From an uncultured Oscillospiraceae bacterium (lineage in GTDB: Bacteria > Bacillota > Clostridia > Christensenellales > Aristaeellaceae), in contig CAZKJW010000001.1 in the NCBI GenBank assembly GCA_964553125.1, forward strand, positions 31,316 through 89,385: a DNA stretch of 58,070 bases, written 5' to 3'. Below, piece after piece: positions 50,011-58,070 of this stretch (within the stretch, counting starts at the first letter, position 1; each line of letters opens with the position of its first letter). A program made the translations under genes and the position numbers. The notes beneath the pieces were generated by a model. The model was not told the origin of the DNA, did no database searches, and was given only the letters and a program-made list of their open reading frames with translations.

Positions 50011-52120
50011 GACAGCTGTCTATGGTGTTGAAGTGCGTGATGCGATACATGACAGTATTGCAGAATGCTATGATAATGTTACCGATGCAAAAACCCTTGC
50101 GGAGGATGCCACGACAGGAGCAAACATCGCGGCTCAAAATGCACAGGCAAAAGCTGCGCTTGCCGATGCTGCCGCCCAAAATGCTGATGTAAAAGCGGCA
50201 CTGGCAGAGGAAAAAGCAACACTTGCCGATGAAAAAGCGACGGCCGCAAGCGCTGCGGCGGAGAGTGCGGAAACGGCGGCAGAAAATGCCAATACGGCAA
50301 AAGAGAAAGCTGCTGCAGCAGCGACAAATGCCGAGGAAAAAGCTGCACTGTCGGAAACCGCGGCTGCAAACGCTAATGCAAAGGCTGCGTTGGCAGGAGA
50401 GAAAGCGGAACTGGCTGATACGGCCGCAAAGAATGCAGATACGAAGGCTGACATGGCTGATGGAGCGGCAAAGAATGCCGATACAAAAGCTGCCCTTGCC
50501 GATTCTGCGGCAACCAACGCTGATACGGCCAGCGCTTCGGCAGAAACTGCGGCAGCAAATGCTGAGGCGGCAGCAGCAAAAGCGAATACAGCAGCAGACA
50601 ACGCGGATACTAAGGCGAGTCTTGCAGCAACGGCTGCGGGAAATGCAAATATAGCGATAACGGCGGCAAATGATGCGGCGGCAAACGCAAATGCTGCCAA
50701 GAGCGCATGCGAAAAAGCCACCACCAATGTGCAAACTGCCATTACAAATGCGAATGATAAAGCCGCATTGGCAGAGAGCGCCGCACAGAACGCTGACGAC
50801 AAAGCAGCCCTTGCAAATGGAGCAGCGGCAAACGCGGAGGAGAAAGCGGCCCTTGCGAACACCAAAGCCAGTTTGGCAGACGAACGAATTGCCGTTATCA
50901 ACAGCAAAATTGAGAGCGCCGACGCAGCTGTGGCCAAGGCAGAGAAGGCTGCCGCAGATGCCAATCAAGCTGCGGACAATGCGTCAAAGGGAATCATCGG
51001 CCAAGCAAGCAGCAACGCATTAGGCGGGGTAAAAGCCGACACCAAAACCGAGAATGATACGCAGGCTGTTCGCATTGATACGGAAAGCGGCAAGCTTTAC
51101 ACCGCCGGACTTCCAACAGCGAGCAGTGATGTACTGGGCGGAGTGAAAGTTGGCGAGAATTTGCTTGTCGATACCAATGGGGTTATGAAGGTCGACACAA
51201 CTGATGAAGTGGCGGAAACGGAGAAACCCATTGCTGCTAATGCTGTCTATGCTGTTATGCAGAACACACAGCAAAAAATTGTTGCTTCTGGTTTGCTTAA
51301 GGGAGATGGTGCCGGCGGCGTGAACACGGCTGTCGCAGGGGAGGACTATGTTGCGCCGCAGGAAGGAAAAAACCTTTCGACAAATGATTACACCAATGAA
51401 GAGAAACAGAAGCTGAGCGGGATCGAGACAGGGGCAAACGCTTATAATCATCCCACTCATTCACCTTATGAATCGGGATTTTATAAGATGACAGTGGACG
51501 AGAAGGGGCATGTGACTGCTGCTGTTGGCGTAGAAAAAGCGGATATCACCGCATTGGGAATCCCGGCGCAGGACACAACGTACCAACTGGCATCGGCTGA
51601 TGAGGCGGGACTTCTCTCTGCTGCAGATAAAACGAAGCTGGATAGTGTTGAAAGCGGAGCGGAGAAAAATATACCACCCACATGGACGGCACTTGAGGGA
51701 AAGCCGGAAGCGTTTACACCGGTATCTCATGAGCATGCGATAGGGAATATTTCCGGCCTGGAGGAAGCGTTGGCGGGAAAAGTGGATATAGAGGCTGGAA
51801 AAGCCCTTTCCACCAACGACTACACCACCGTTGAGAAGAACAAGCTGGCCGGGCTTTCCGCGCCCGTCGCCGTGACCGTCACGCTGGCGGCTGCGTCATG
51901 GACGGAGGGTACGGACAGCGCGACGCAGACGGTCAACGTGACCGGCGTGACGGCGACGAACAGCGTTATTGTACAGGCTGCGCCCGCAAGCCGTGAAGCG
52001 TGGCTGGAAGCGGACGTGTACTGTTCTGCGCAGGGCGCGGGGACGCTGACGTTCACCTGCGAAGCCGCCCCTGAAAGCGCGCTGACCGCGAACGTGCTCA
52101 TTTTGGAGGTGTCCGGATGA
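49973..52120 (+). CDS. Tail fibre with a long Ala-rich repeat stalk
   Basis: The ATG at 49973 follows GGGGGAGAGGG. About 300 aa of A-(x)-NA-(D/E)-xKAALA-type repeats. Repeated LGGVK and STNDYT..EK.KL motifs. Confidence 0.7.
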   Translation: MASQIKIWLDKIKTAVYGVEVRDAIHDSIAECYDNVTDAKTLAEDATTGANIAAQNAQAKAALADAAAQNADVKAALAEEKATLADEKATAASAAAESAETAAENANTAKEKAAAAATNAEEKAALSETAAANANAKAALAGEKAELADTAAKNADTKADMADGAAKNADTKAALADSAATNADTASASAETAAANAEAAAAKANTAADNADTKASLAATAAGNANIAITAANDAAANANAAKSACEKATTNVQTAITNANDKAALAESAAQNADDKAALANGAAANAEEKAALANTKASLADERIAVINSKIESADAAVAKAEKAAADANQAADNASKGIIGQASSNALGGVKADTKTENDTQAVRIDTESGKLYTAGLPTASSDVLGGVKVGENLLVDTNGVMKVDTTDEVAETEKPIAANAVYAVMQNTQQKIVASGLLKGDGAGGVNTAVAGEDYVAPQEGKNLSTNDYTNEEKQKLSGIETGANAYNHPTHSPYESGFYKMTVDEKGHVTAAVGVEKADITALGIPAQDTTYQLASADEAGLLSAADKTKLDSVESGAEKNIPPTWTALEGKPEAFTPVSHEHAIGNISGLEEALAGKVDIEAGKALSTNDYTTVEKNKLAGLSAPVAVTVTLAAASWTEGTDSATQTVNVTGVTATNSVIVQAAPASREAWLEADVYCSAQGAGTLTFTCEAAPESALTANVLILEVSG

Positions 52121-53415
52121 TATTCAACCTGATGGACAACGTGCGGCGTGCATCTGGGCTTGAGCTTGCGTACACCGGCACGATGACGCAGAGTAACATC
52201 ACCGTGAGCGGGGCGCTGTACACGCTCTATACGCTCACCACGTCCGGCACGCTGACGGTAACCGGAAATGGAACAGCCGACATTTGGTGCTGCGGAGGTG
52301 GCTCTGGCGGTAAATTCACCTATTCGTATATTCGCGGTTTTGACGGCGGCGCAGGAGCTTACTGCGCCAACCTGACCGCGAAGAATTTGAAAGGTGCATA
52401 CACTGTTACTATCGGCACGGGCGGCGCGGGTGGTTCGACTGGTGGCGCAGGAAGTGCAACATCTATCATGCAAGGAGAAACGTCGATTCTCACCGCAAAT
52501 GGCGCATCGGGCAAAAATGGCGGCACGGGCGGTGGCGCAGGCAACTACACGACGGCGGATCTTAAACCCGTCCCCACCGTCGGCGGCACCGGCGACGGCG
52601 TAACCAAATACCCCTTCTCCGACAGCACGAACTTCTTTTGCCATTGTGCGGGCGGTGGCGGCGGCGCGGCCTATGGGTCGAGCAACGCGGCAATGGGCTA
52701 CCACACCGACGGCGGCGCAGGCGGCACGAACGGCGGCAACGGTTCCGCCAACAAGGTGAGTACCGACACCGACTCTCAGCCGGGCGGCGCAGGCGGCAAC
52801 AGGGGTGGCGGCGCAGGTGGTCTGGTTGTCTGGCATTCGACCGCCGCGGGCGGCGGCTCGGCAACGTTCTACGGTTCCGGAGGTGGTGGCGGTGGTTTGC
52901 GCATCACCGACGATTCAGCCAGAGGAACTGCCGGTGCTGGCTATCAAGGCGTGATGTACATCCGCGTCCCACAGGCCTCTACGCCCGGCGGCACGGCTTA
53001 CAAATACTACCGCCTGAACATGACAGGCATGATGCGTGGCAGTACGGCGAGTACCTATTTCTCCGTCGCTGAACTCGCGCTCTACAACGGCAGTACAGCC
53101 GTGAGCTATACCGGCGCAACCTACTCCGCGAGTTCCAGCCTGAGCGGCTATGCAGTGGGAAATGCGTTCGACGGCAGCACGTCCACAATCTGGCATACGG
53201 ACGGCGCGCCAGAATCGGCATGGATACAGGTGCAGCTTGCATCGGCGAGCAAAATCACGTCTTTTGCAATCACCCCGCGCACCGACCAGAACGACCGGTT
53301 GAACGCTTTCACACTCCAAGGCTCGAACGACGGCTCCACATGGACAACGCTCTACACCGGCACGAACACGGCTTCCGGCTGGGCGCAGGGCGCGACGAAA
53401 ACATTTACTATTTGA
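52117..53415 (+). CDS. Glycine-rich tail protein with a C-terminal F5/8 type C (discoidin) carbohydrate-binding domain
   Basis: GGGSGG/GGAGG runs. The C-terminus AVGNAFDGSTSTIWHT...WIQVQL...ITPRTD...FTLQGSNDGSTWTTL is a discoidin pattern. Confidence 0.65.
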   Translation: MIFNLMDNVRRASGLELAYTGTMTQSNITVSGALYTLYTLTTSGTLTVTGNGTADIWCCGGGSGGKFTYSYIRGFDGGAGAYCANLTAKNLKGAYTVTIGTGGAGGSTGGAGSATSIMQGETSILTANGASGKNGGTGGGAGNYTTADLKPVPTVGGTGDGVTKYPFSDSTNFFCHCAGGGGGAAYGSSNAAMGYHTDGGAGGTNGGNGSANKVSTDTDSQPGGAGGNRGGGAGGLVVWHSTAAGGGSATFYGSGGGGGGLRITDDSARGTAGAGYQGVMYIRVPQASTPGGTAYKYYRLNMTGMMRGSTASTYFSVAELALYNGSTAVSYTGATYSASSSLSGYAVGNAFDGSTSTIWHTDGAPESAWIQVQLASASKITSFAITPRTDQNDRLNAFTLQGSNDGSTWTTLYTGTNTASGWAQGATKTFTI

Positions 53416-53436
53416 CCAGAGAAAGGAGGATTTTAG

Positions 53437-53697
53437 ATGAAATTCGCAGTTTTGAGCGTCGATAACCAGTTTGTCGATAACGTAATCATCGCCCGCGAAT
53501 CGCAGAAAGCGGAGTTGGAAGCGTCGCTCGGGCGCACGCTCATGGACGCTGCGCCGCTCGGGCTGACCGTCGGCGACTACTACAACGGCAGCGCATGGAC
53601 GCGCAACGTGGACGGCGAGCAGGTTGCCTTGCCGCTCGGCGATAACGCCGACGTGGCGGAAGCGATTGCAATCCTCGACGGGGAGGTGGACGAGTAA
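53437..53697 (+). CDS. Hypothetical protein (86 aa)
   Basis: AAAGGAGG SD. Confidence 0.5.
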   Translation: MKFAVLSVDNQFVDNVIIARESQKAELEASLGRTLMDAAPLGLTVGDYYNGSAWTRNVDGEQVALPLGDNADVAEAIAILDGEVDE

Positions 53698-54155
53698 TGG
53701 CGATGAGCGAAAATCAGCGCCTTGCGCTGAAATCCATCCGAAACACGCACCTTCGCGTGCTCGCCGAGGGCGCGCGCATGGTGGCGGAATCGGGCGCGGA
53801 ACCCGCCGCGACAGCGGGCGTGCTGACGGCGGGCTTTGACGAGTGGCAGCCTGGCAAAAGCTACGCGCTCAACGAGCCGTTCCGCTACGGCGGCATGACA
53901 GGCTTTGCGCGCCAGCAGCTCACGGCGCAGGAGATTTACCCGCCGTTTTCGGCGGGAACCGAAGCGCTCTACGGCGTGCGCCCCGCGCCCGACGCAGACG
54001 GCGTGTATCCGTATGTGTACAGCATGGCGGTCGCGCCCGGAATGCGCGTGCGCGACGGCGGCACGGTCTATCGCTGCATCCAGCCGGCGAATCCGCTGCT
54101 CTACGCCCCCGGCGACGCGCCCGCGCTGTTTGTGAAGGAGGAAGAAACCGCGTGA
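53697..54155 (+). CDS. Hypothetical protein (152 aa)
   Basis: GGGAGGTGG SD and a TAATG overlap. Confidence 0.5.
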   Translation: MAMSENQRLALKSIRNTHLRVLAEGARMVAESGAEPAATAGVLTAGFDEWQPGKSYALNEPFRYGGMTGFARQQLTAQEIYPPFSAGTEALYGVRPAPDADGVYPYVYSMAVAPGMRVRDGGTVYRCIQPANPLLYAPGDAPALFVKEEETA

Positions 54156-54970
54156 CAAAACCACAAAAGCTGGCGGTTGATCAGGCGATTGCGCTTCTTG
54201 GCGACGGTTATATTTATGGTGCGACGGGATGGACGTGCAGCCTTTCCCGACGATTGCAACAGGCGGAGCAATATCCTCAATACCGTAGCCAAATCATGGG
54301 AGTAGGAGCCAAATGGGATGGAAAGCGCTGCTGGGACTGTGCGCAGCTGACCAAAGCGTGTGCCAAAGCAGCGGGTTTTCAGCTGCCATCCGGTGCGACG
54401 AACCAATGGACGCAAACGGCGTGGAAAGCATCAGGAACAATCGACACACTTCCGGCAGATACGCCGGTTTTTCTTTATCGGAGAAGTACATCAACCCGTG
54501 CCATAACTATGGCGCACACAGGTCTTGCATTGGGCGACGGCACGTTCATCCATGCACGGGGGCATGCCTACGGCGTTGTGCGTCAGGGTATGGCTGAATA
54601 TGCTTGGACGCATTGGGCCACTCCATGGGAAGCGCAGAACGATACGGGAGAGGAGGACAACGAAGCAGTGGCTTTGAACGTACTCTACAAAGCAACCGTT
54701 ACGGCGACGAGCGGAGCGACCGTTAACATGCGGAGTGAACCGAACGGAATGATTCTAAAAAGGGTATCTATTGGAACTGTGGTGGACGTGCTCAGTGAGA
54801 ATACTGGCTGGTCGAGAATTGCACTTGATGGGAAAATCGGATGGATGCATGGGGCGTATCTGACACGCAGGGAGGCGGAAGAAACTGAAAGCCCCCAGCG
54901 CCTTGCTGCTCTTGAAGAACGCGTAACTGCGCTCGAACAAATCCTTGGCACGGCAACCGAAACTGCATGA
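54152..54970 (+). CDS. Endolysin: NlpC/P60-type cysteine peptidase + SH3b domain
   Basis: GTG at 54152, 8-9 nt after AAGGAGGAAG (GTGA overlap). CWDCAQLTKACAKAAG (catalytic Cys) and HTGLALGDGTFIHA (His). SH3-like VNMRSEPNG...VVDVL...GWSRI..DGKIGWMHGAYL. Confidence 0.8.
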   Translation: MTKPQKLAVDQAIALLGDGYIYGATGWTCSLSRRLQQAEQYPQYRSQIMGVGAKWDGKRCWDCAQLTKACAKAAGFQLPSGATNQWTQTAWKASGTIDTLPADTPVFLYRRSTSTRAITMAHTGLALGDGTFIHARGHAYGVVRQGMAEYAWTHWATPWEAQNDTGEEDNEAVALNVLYKATVTATSGATVNMRSEPNGMILKRVSIGTVVDVLSENTGWSRIALDGKIGWMHGAYLTRREAEETESPQRLAALEERVTALEQILGTATETA

Positions 54971-54984
54971 GCGGGAGGGAAAAG

Positions 54985-55293
54985 ATGGAAGAATGGCTTC
55001 GAATGGCGGGGACTGTGATTTGTGCCGTGATCGCCTCATCCGGGTTTTGGGCGTATCTCCAGAAGCGGAGCGAGAAGAAAGACATAAAAACTCAAATGCT
55101 GGTGGGGCTGGCGCATGATCGGATTCTCTTTTTGGGTATGAGTTATGTTGAACGGGGATACATTACCCGCGATGAGTATGAAAACTTGTATGAGTATCTT
55201 TATCGACCTTACGAGAAAATGGGCGGGAACGGTTCAGCAAAGCGTGTAATGCAGGAAGTGAACAAACTGCCCATTCATAATGGACCGGTTTAA
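54985..55293 (+). CDS. Single-TM protein next to the endolysin (holin/antiholin candidate)
   Basis: The ATG at 54985 is 6 nt after GGAGG. Product MEEWLRMAGTVICAVIASSGFWAYL... Confidence 0.4.
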   Translation: MEEWLRMAGTVICAVIASSGFWAYLQKRSEKKDIKTQMLVGLAHDRILFLGMSYVERGYITRDEYENLYEYLYRPYEKMGGNGSAKRVMQEVNKLPIHNGPV

Positions 55294-55302
55294 GGAGGGC
55301 AT

Positions 55303-56094
55303 ATGTTTTGTGTAACGGCAAACTATCCCTCTGAATGGAAGGAAGCGAGGGTCTACATTCTGTCCGATCTACATATCGGCGACCCGAATACGGATATGAA
55401 TGCTGTTCGCGAGCGGATCCGGATGATCGCAGAGGATGACCGAGGACTCTGCGTGCTCAACGGCGATTTGCTGAATACAGCTGTCCGCAACAGCGTGTCT
55501 GATATCTACACGGAGATTGTGCCGCCTATGGAGCAGATCAAAATGGCAGTAGGGCTGCTGAAGCCTATCAAGCATCGTATCATTGTTGGCGACACGGGCA
55601 ATCATGAAAACCGCGTGTACAAGACGGACGGCATCGACATGATGCGGCTGGTATGCAGAGAACTGGGGGCGGAAGATCGCTACGCGCCCGAAGGTGTACT
55701 GTGTTTTCTGCGTTTTGGAGAAAAATCCGCGTCCGAACGCTCCGGCAGACGGAAGAAGCAGCCATATATTTACACCATCTACGCCACGCATGGCACTGGC
55801 GGCGGACGCAAGGAAGGCGCGAAGGCGATTCGACTGGCGGACATGGCGAGCATTGTGGACGCTGACTGCTACATTCACAGTCACTCACATATGCCGATGA
55901 TTATGAAGCAGTCCTTCTACCGCGTGGATATTCAGAACCAGAAGGCGGTATCAGTGGACAAACTCTTTGTCAACGACGCTTCGGCAATCAGCTACGGCGG
56001 CTACGGTCAGAGCGGCGAATTCAAACCTTCATCCAAGCAAAGCCCTGTCATTCATCTGAGTGGCGAGGCCAAATTTATGAAAGCGACTTTGTAA
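55303..56094 (+). CDS. Calcineurin-like metallophosphoesterase
   Basis: SDLHIGD, NGDL, GNHE, THGTGGG and HSHSH motifs in canonical order. Confidence 0.85.
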   Translation: MFCVTANYPSEWKEARVYILSDLHIGDPNTDMNAVRERIRMIAEDDRGLCVLNGDLLNTAVRNSVSDIYTEIVPPMEQIKMAVGLLKPIKHRIIVGDTGNHENRVYKTDGIDMMRLVCRELGAEDRYAPEGVLCFLRFGEKSASERSGRRKKQPYIYTIYATHGTGGGRKEGAKAIRLADMASIVDADCYIHSHSHMPMIMKQSFYRVDIQNQKAVSVDKLFVNDASAISYGGYGQSGEFKPSSKQSPVIHLSGEAKFMKATL

Positions 56095-56107
56095 GGGGGC
56101 GTTACCA

Positions 56108-56431
56108 ATGCAGAAGGCGATGCTGAGTCAACCTATGGCGGGAAAAACCGAGGAGGAAATCATCCAAACCCGGAAAAAAGCGATTCAGGTGCTGAAGAAT
56201 CAGGGATTTGAAATCGTGAATACCCTGTTTACGGACGAGTGGTATAGCAAGGAGGCAATGGCAGAACGCGGCGTTGTGCAGATTCCGCTCTGTTTCCTTG
56301 CGAAATCTCTGGAAAATATGAGCCTATGCCATGCTGCTTATTTTTGTAAGGGATGGGAAAATGCACGTGGATGCAGAATTGAGCACGAAGCGGCAAAGGC
56401 TTATGGACTTGAAATCATTTATGAAGAATAG
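56108..56431 (+). CDS. DUF4406-like (nucleoside 2-deoxyribosyltransferase-like fold) protein
   Basis: SQPMAG....I..R......L...G..IVN ... CHAAYFCKGWENARGCRIEHEAAKAYGLEI resembles DUF4406 (recollection). Confidence 0.45.
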   Translation: MQKAMLSQPMAGKTEEEIIQTRKKAIQVLKNQGFEIVNTLFTDEWYSKEAMAERGVVQIPLCFLAKSLENMSLCHAAYFCKGWENARGCRIEHEAAKAYGLEIIYEE

Positions 56432-56444
56432 AGGAGAGGAAACT

Positions 56445-56654
56445 ATGCTCAGCAACAAGACTTACGATGTTCTCAAGTGGATTGCGCTGTATCTTCTGCC
56501 CGCTTTGGGTACCCTGTACTTCGCACTGGCGGGTATCTGGGCGTTCCCTTACGGCGAGGAAGTTGTCGGTACCATTACGGCGATTGACACCTTCCTTGGG
56601 GTGCTGCTGGGGATCAGCACGGCGCAGTATAACAAGGAGAACAAGGCGGAGTAA
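56445..56654 (+). CDS. Holin (Dp-1 family-like)
   Basis: NKTYDVLKWIALYLLPALGTLYFALAGIWAFPYGEEVVGTITAIDTFLGVLLGIS..QY, 69 aa with two TM segments. GAGGAGAGGA SD. Confidence 0.7.
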   Translation: MLSNKTYDVLKWIALYLLPALGTLYFALAGIWAFPYGEEVVGTITAIDTFLGVLLGISTAQYNKENKAE

Positions 56655-56664
56655 ATGCAAAATG

Positions 56665-56703
56665 GCGCTCGTCCACGCGGCGGGCGCTTTCTCTTTTGTT
56701 TTT
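56665..56703 (+). terminator. Rho-independent terminator ending the late/lysis operon
   Basis: GCGCTCG-tccacgcgg-CGGGCGC plus TTTCTCTTTTGTTTTT. Confidence 0.7.
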
Positions 56704-56722
56704 AACCCAAACGCGGCGGAGG

Positions 56723-56752
56723 TTGACAATGAACGTGTTTTTCTCCTATACT
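56723..56752 (+). promoter_or_regulatory. Sigma-A-type promoter of the integrase gene
   Basis: TTGACA-18 nt-TATACT. Confidence 0.6.
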
Positions 56753-56836
56753 TTGAATAAGATTGGAAAAGCTATCCAATCGATGAACCTTGAAAACAAA
56801 AGATCGCGCTCTTCTTATACAGAAAGCGAGGAGAGC

Positions 56837-57886
56837 ATGTCCATTAACAAGAAGAAAATCAGGCGCGAAATAACGCTGCACGGCGTTAAGGTTTGGGTTA
56901 CGGCTGATACTGAGCAGGAGTATGCAGATAAACTGCTGCGGTTGGCGGGGGTAACTGCGTCAAGCAAAGAAAAGCACGCCTTCAAAGCTTATGCCGAGGA
57001 ATGGTTTGAAGTGTTTGCAAAACCGAACATTGCCAATGTAACTGCTATCACTTATGCACGGCAACTTAACAGGTATATTTACCCCGTGCTTGGCGACAAG
57101 GCGGTTGAAAACGTGTCTCCAACCGATGTACAAAAGATATTCAATAGTATGCCAGGTGACGCAAAGCAGGAGAGTAAAAACAAGGTTAAGATTGTTTTGA
57201 ATCAGATCTTTGAAAAGGCCGTAGACGACGGGCTGATCATTAAAAATCCATTGCGCTCTCCGTCGGTGAAAGTCAAAGGGGCTGCCGCAAGCGTAACGGA
57301 GCCGTACTCAATCGAACAAATGCGTTATTTGGCAATGCATTTGGCTGATGTAAAGCGGCCGACAGATCGTGCATGGTTGGCGATTTCGTTGAGCTTGCCG
57401 CTCAGACCGGAAGAAGTGTTGGGCTTGAAATGGGAAAATGTAGACGTAGATAACTGTGTGCTCCGCATCCGAAACACTGTCACACATCCAACGCGAAACG
57501 AGCCCGAATTCAAGCCTTACACCAAGACTGCATCGAGTATACGCGACCTGACGTTTCCAAAGGAAATACTGGCGTACTTACCCGAGCCGGGAGCGCCTAA
57601 CGAATTTGTGGTTGGCGGAGAACGCCCTGTCAGCTATACCCAACTGCGGGGAATACGCAAGCGCATAAACTTGGACACTAAGTTTGGCGAGACGATCACA
57701 CCAAGGCGATTCCGAACAACTGTCGCGACCGATATATCCGCAACGACCCACGACCTCAAGCTGGTTCAGCAAATGCTTGGCCACGCAACTCCGCAAATGA
57801 CGCTAAAGCATTACGACAAAGGTCGAAGCGGAGCACTTGATGCCTCTAATGCTATTGAAAAGTGCTACGGCTTGAGTGCCAACTGA
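56837..57886 (+). CDS. int: Tyrosine integrase (phage integrase family)
   Basis: The ATG at 56837 follows GAGGAG. RPEEVLGLKWENVD (Arg I), TPRRFR, LGHATPQMTLKHY (His-x-x-Arg region and catalytic Tyr). Adjacent to the att end. Confidence 0.9.
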   Translation: MSINKKKIRREITLHGVKVWVTADTEQEYADKLLRLAGVTASSKEKHAFKAYAEEWFEVFAKPNIANVTAITYARQLNRYIYPVLGDKAVENVSPTDVQKIFNSMPGDAKQESKNKVKIVLNQIFEKAVDDGLIIKNPLRSPSVKVKGAAASVTEPYSIEQMRYLAMHLADVKRPTDRAWLAISLSLPLRPEEVLGLKWENVDVDNCVLRIRNTVTHPTRNEPEFKPYTKTASSIRDLTFPKEILAYLPEPGAPNEFVVGGERPVSYTQLRGIRKRINLDTKFGETITPRRFRTTVATDISATTHDLKLVQQMLGHATPQMTLKHYDKGRSGALDASNAIEKCYGLSAN

Positions 57887-57971
57887 CGGATACCTGACGG
57901 AAAAAGAGGCAGAAAATCTTTGTGAATCAAAGGTTTTCGGGCAGCGCTAACTGACGGATTGCTGACGGAAA
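57881..57971 (+). repeat. Arm-type integrase binding site candidates: two 23-bp direct repeats, each with two CTGACGGA boxes 11 bp apart
   Basis: AACTGACGGATACCTGACGGAAA (57881-57903) and AACTGACGGATTGCTGACGGAAA (57949-57971). A further CTGACGGA lies at 784-791 near attL. Confidence 0.55.
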
Positions 57972-58035
57972 TACAGATGAGGTCACGGTTTTGCAGGGAA
58001 CGATCATGAAAACCTGCATATTCGACCGAAATACA

Positions 58036-58061
58036 ACAAAAAAGACTTGCATCTCTGCAAG
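58036..58061 (-). terminator. - strand terminator, probably serving the tRNA reconstituted just beyond the window
   Basis: CTTGCA-tctc-TGCAAG, preceded on + by ACAAAAAAG (a T-run on -). It lies 5 nt from the terminal TGGA. Confidence 0.5.
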
Positions 58062-58070
58062 CCTTATGGA

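Larger units (their letters stand above)
480..58070. mobile_element. Integrated temperate siphovirus-type prophage (about 57.6 kb); the right att lies at or just beyond the window end
   Basis: tRNA-fragment att on the left and a tyrosine integrase with arm repeats on the right. Complete replication, packaging, head, tail and lysis modules are present. The last 5 nt of the window (ATGGA) equal bases 479-483 at the start of the att repeat. Confidence 0.85.

Noticed and set aside
49943-50968. Long - strand ORFs (341 and 276 aa) and alternative + frame ORFs.
   Set aside because: They are artefacts of the GCN-rich Ala repeat region of the fibre gene. The products are low-complexity Cys/Arg or Ala/Ser strings.
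51820-52864. - strand and alternative-frame ORFs (338, 100 and 144 aa).
   Set aside because: They are high-G+C shadow frames over the fibre and Gly-rich genes. The products are Arg/Ala-rich and lack start signals.
53843-54151. A 103-aa N-terminal extension of the endolysin ORF.
   Set aside because: The Arg-rich frame overlaps the well-signalled 53697-54155 gene. The GTG at 54152 has an AAGGAGGAAG SD at correct spacing, and the recognisable peptidase sequence starts there.

Overview
The window holds about 480 bp of host flank followed by an essentially complete ~57.6-kb temperate, siphovirus-type prophage. Signals look Firmicutes/Clostridia-like: strong AGGAGG Shine-Dalgarno (SD) sites, TTGACA/TATAAT promoters and anaerobic NrdDG. 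The element is integrated into a tRNA-Thr(GGU) gene. attL is a 45-nt tRNA 3' fragment at 480-524. A tyrosine integrase (56837-57886) and phased CTGACGGA arm-type repeats sit at the right end. The window stops where the second att copy would begin (its last bases are ATGGA). Almost every gene is on the + strand. Gene order: (i) 0.6-11 kb holds more than 20 small, mostly membrane-anchored proteins in promoter-SD-ORF-terminator cassettes. These cassettes use a non-sigma-A motif repeated 9 times. The arm also carries three copies of a ~90-nt structured element and three paralogous membrane proteins. (ii) Replication: a 1391-aa SF3 helicase / AEP primase / PolB fusion, an SSB and an SF2 helicase. 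(iii) A BrnT/BrnA cassette, then NrdD, NrdG and MazG. (iv) A 0.3-kb iteron array that may be an origin. (v) A small island with - strand genes, including a Hol-Tox-like type I toxin with a convergent antisense promoter. (vi) VRR-NUC and PD-(D/E)XK nucleases and a 923-aa YonO/QDE-1-like two-barrel RNA polymerase flanked by HTH motifs. (vii) Packaging genes (HNH, TerL, portal) interrupted by an AT-rich moron. (viii) Head (protease-scaffold-capsid fusion) and tail (major tail protein, chaperones, 2083-aa tape measure, Dit, Tal, fibre, Gly-rich discoidin protein). (ix) Lysis (NlpC/P60-SH3 endolysin, Dp-1-type holin) interrupted by a metallophosphoesterase and a DUF4406-like gene. I found no rRNA, no CRISPR array, no intact tRNA and no recognisable CI/Cro-type repressor. 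All functional calls come from motif recognition by eye and gene order; no database search was possible.
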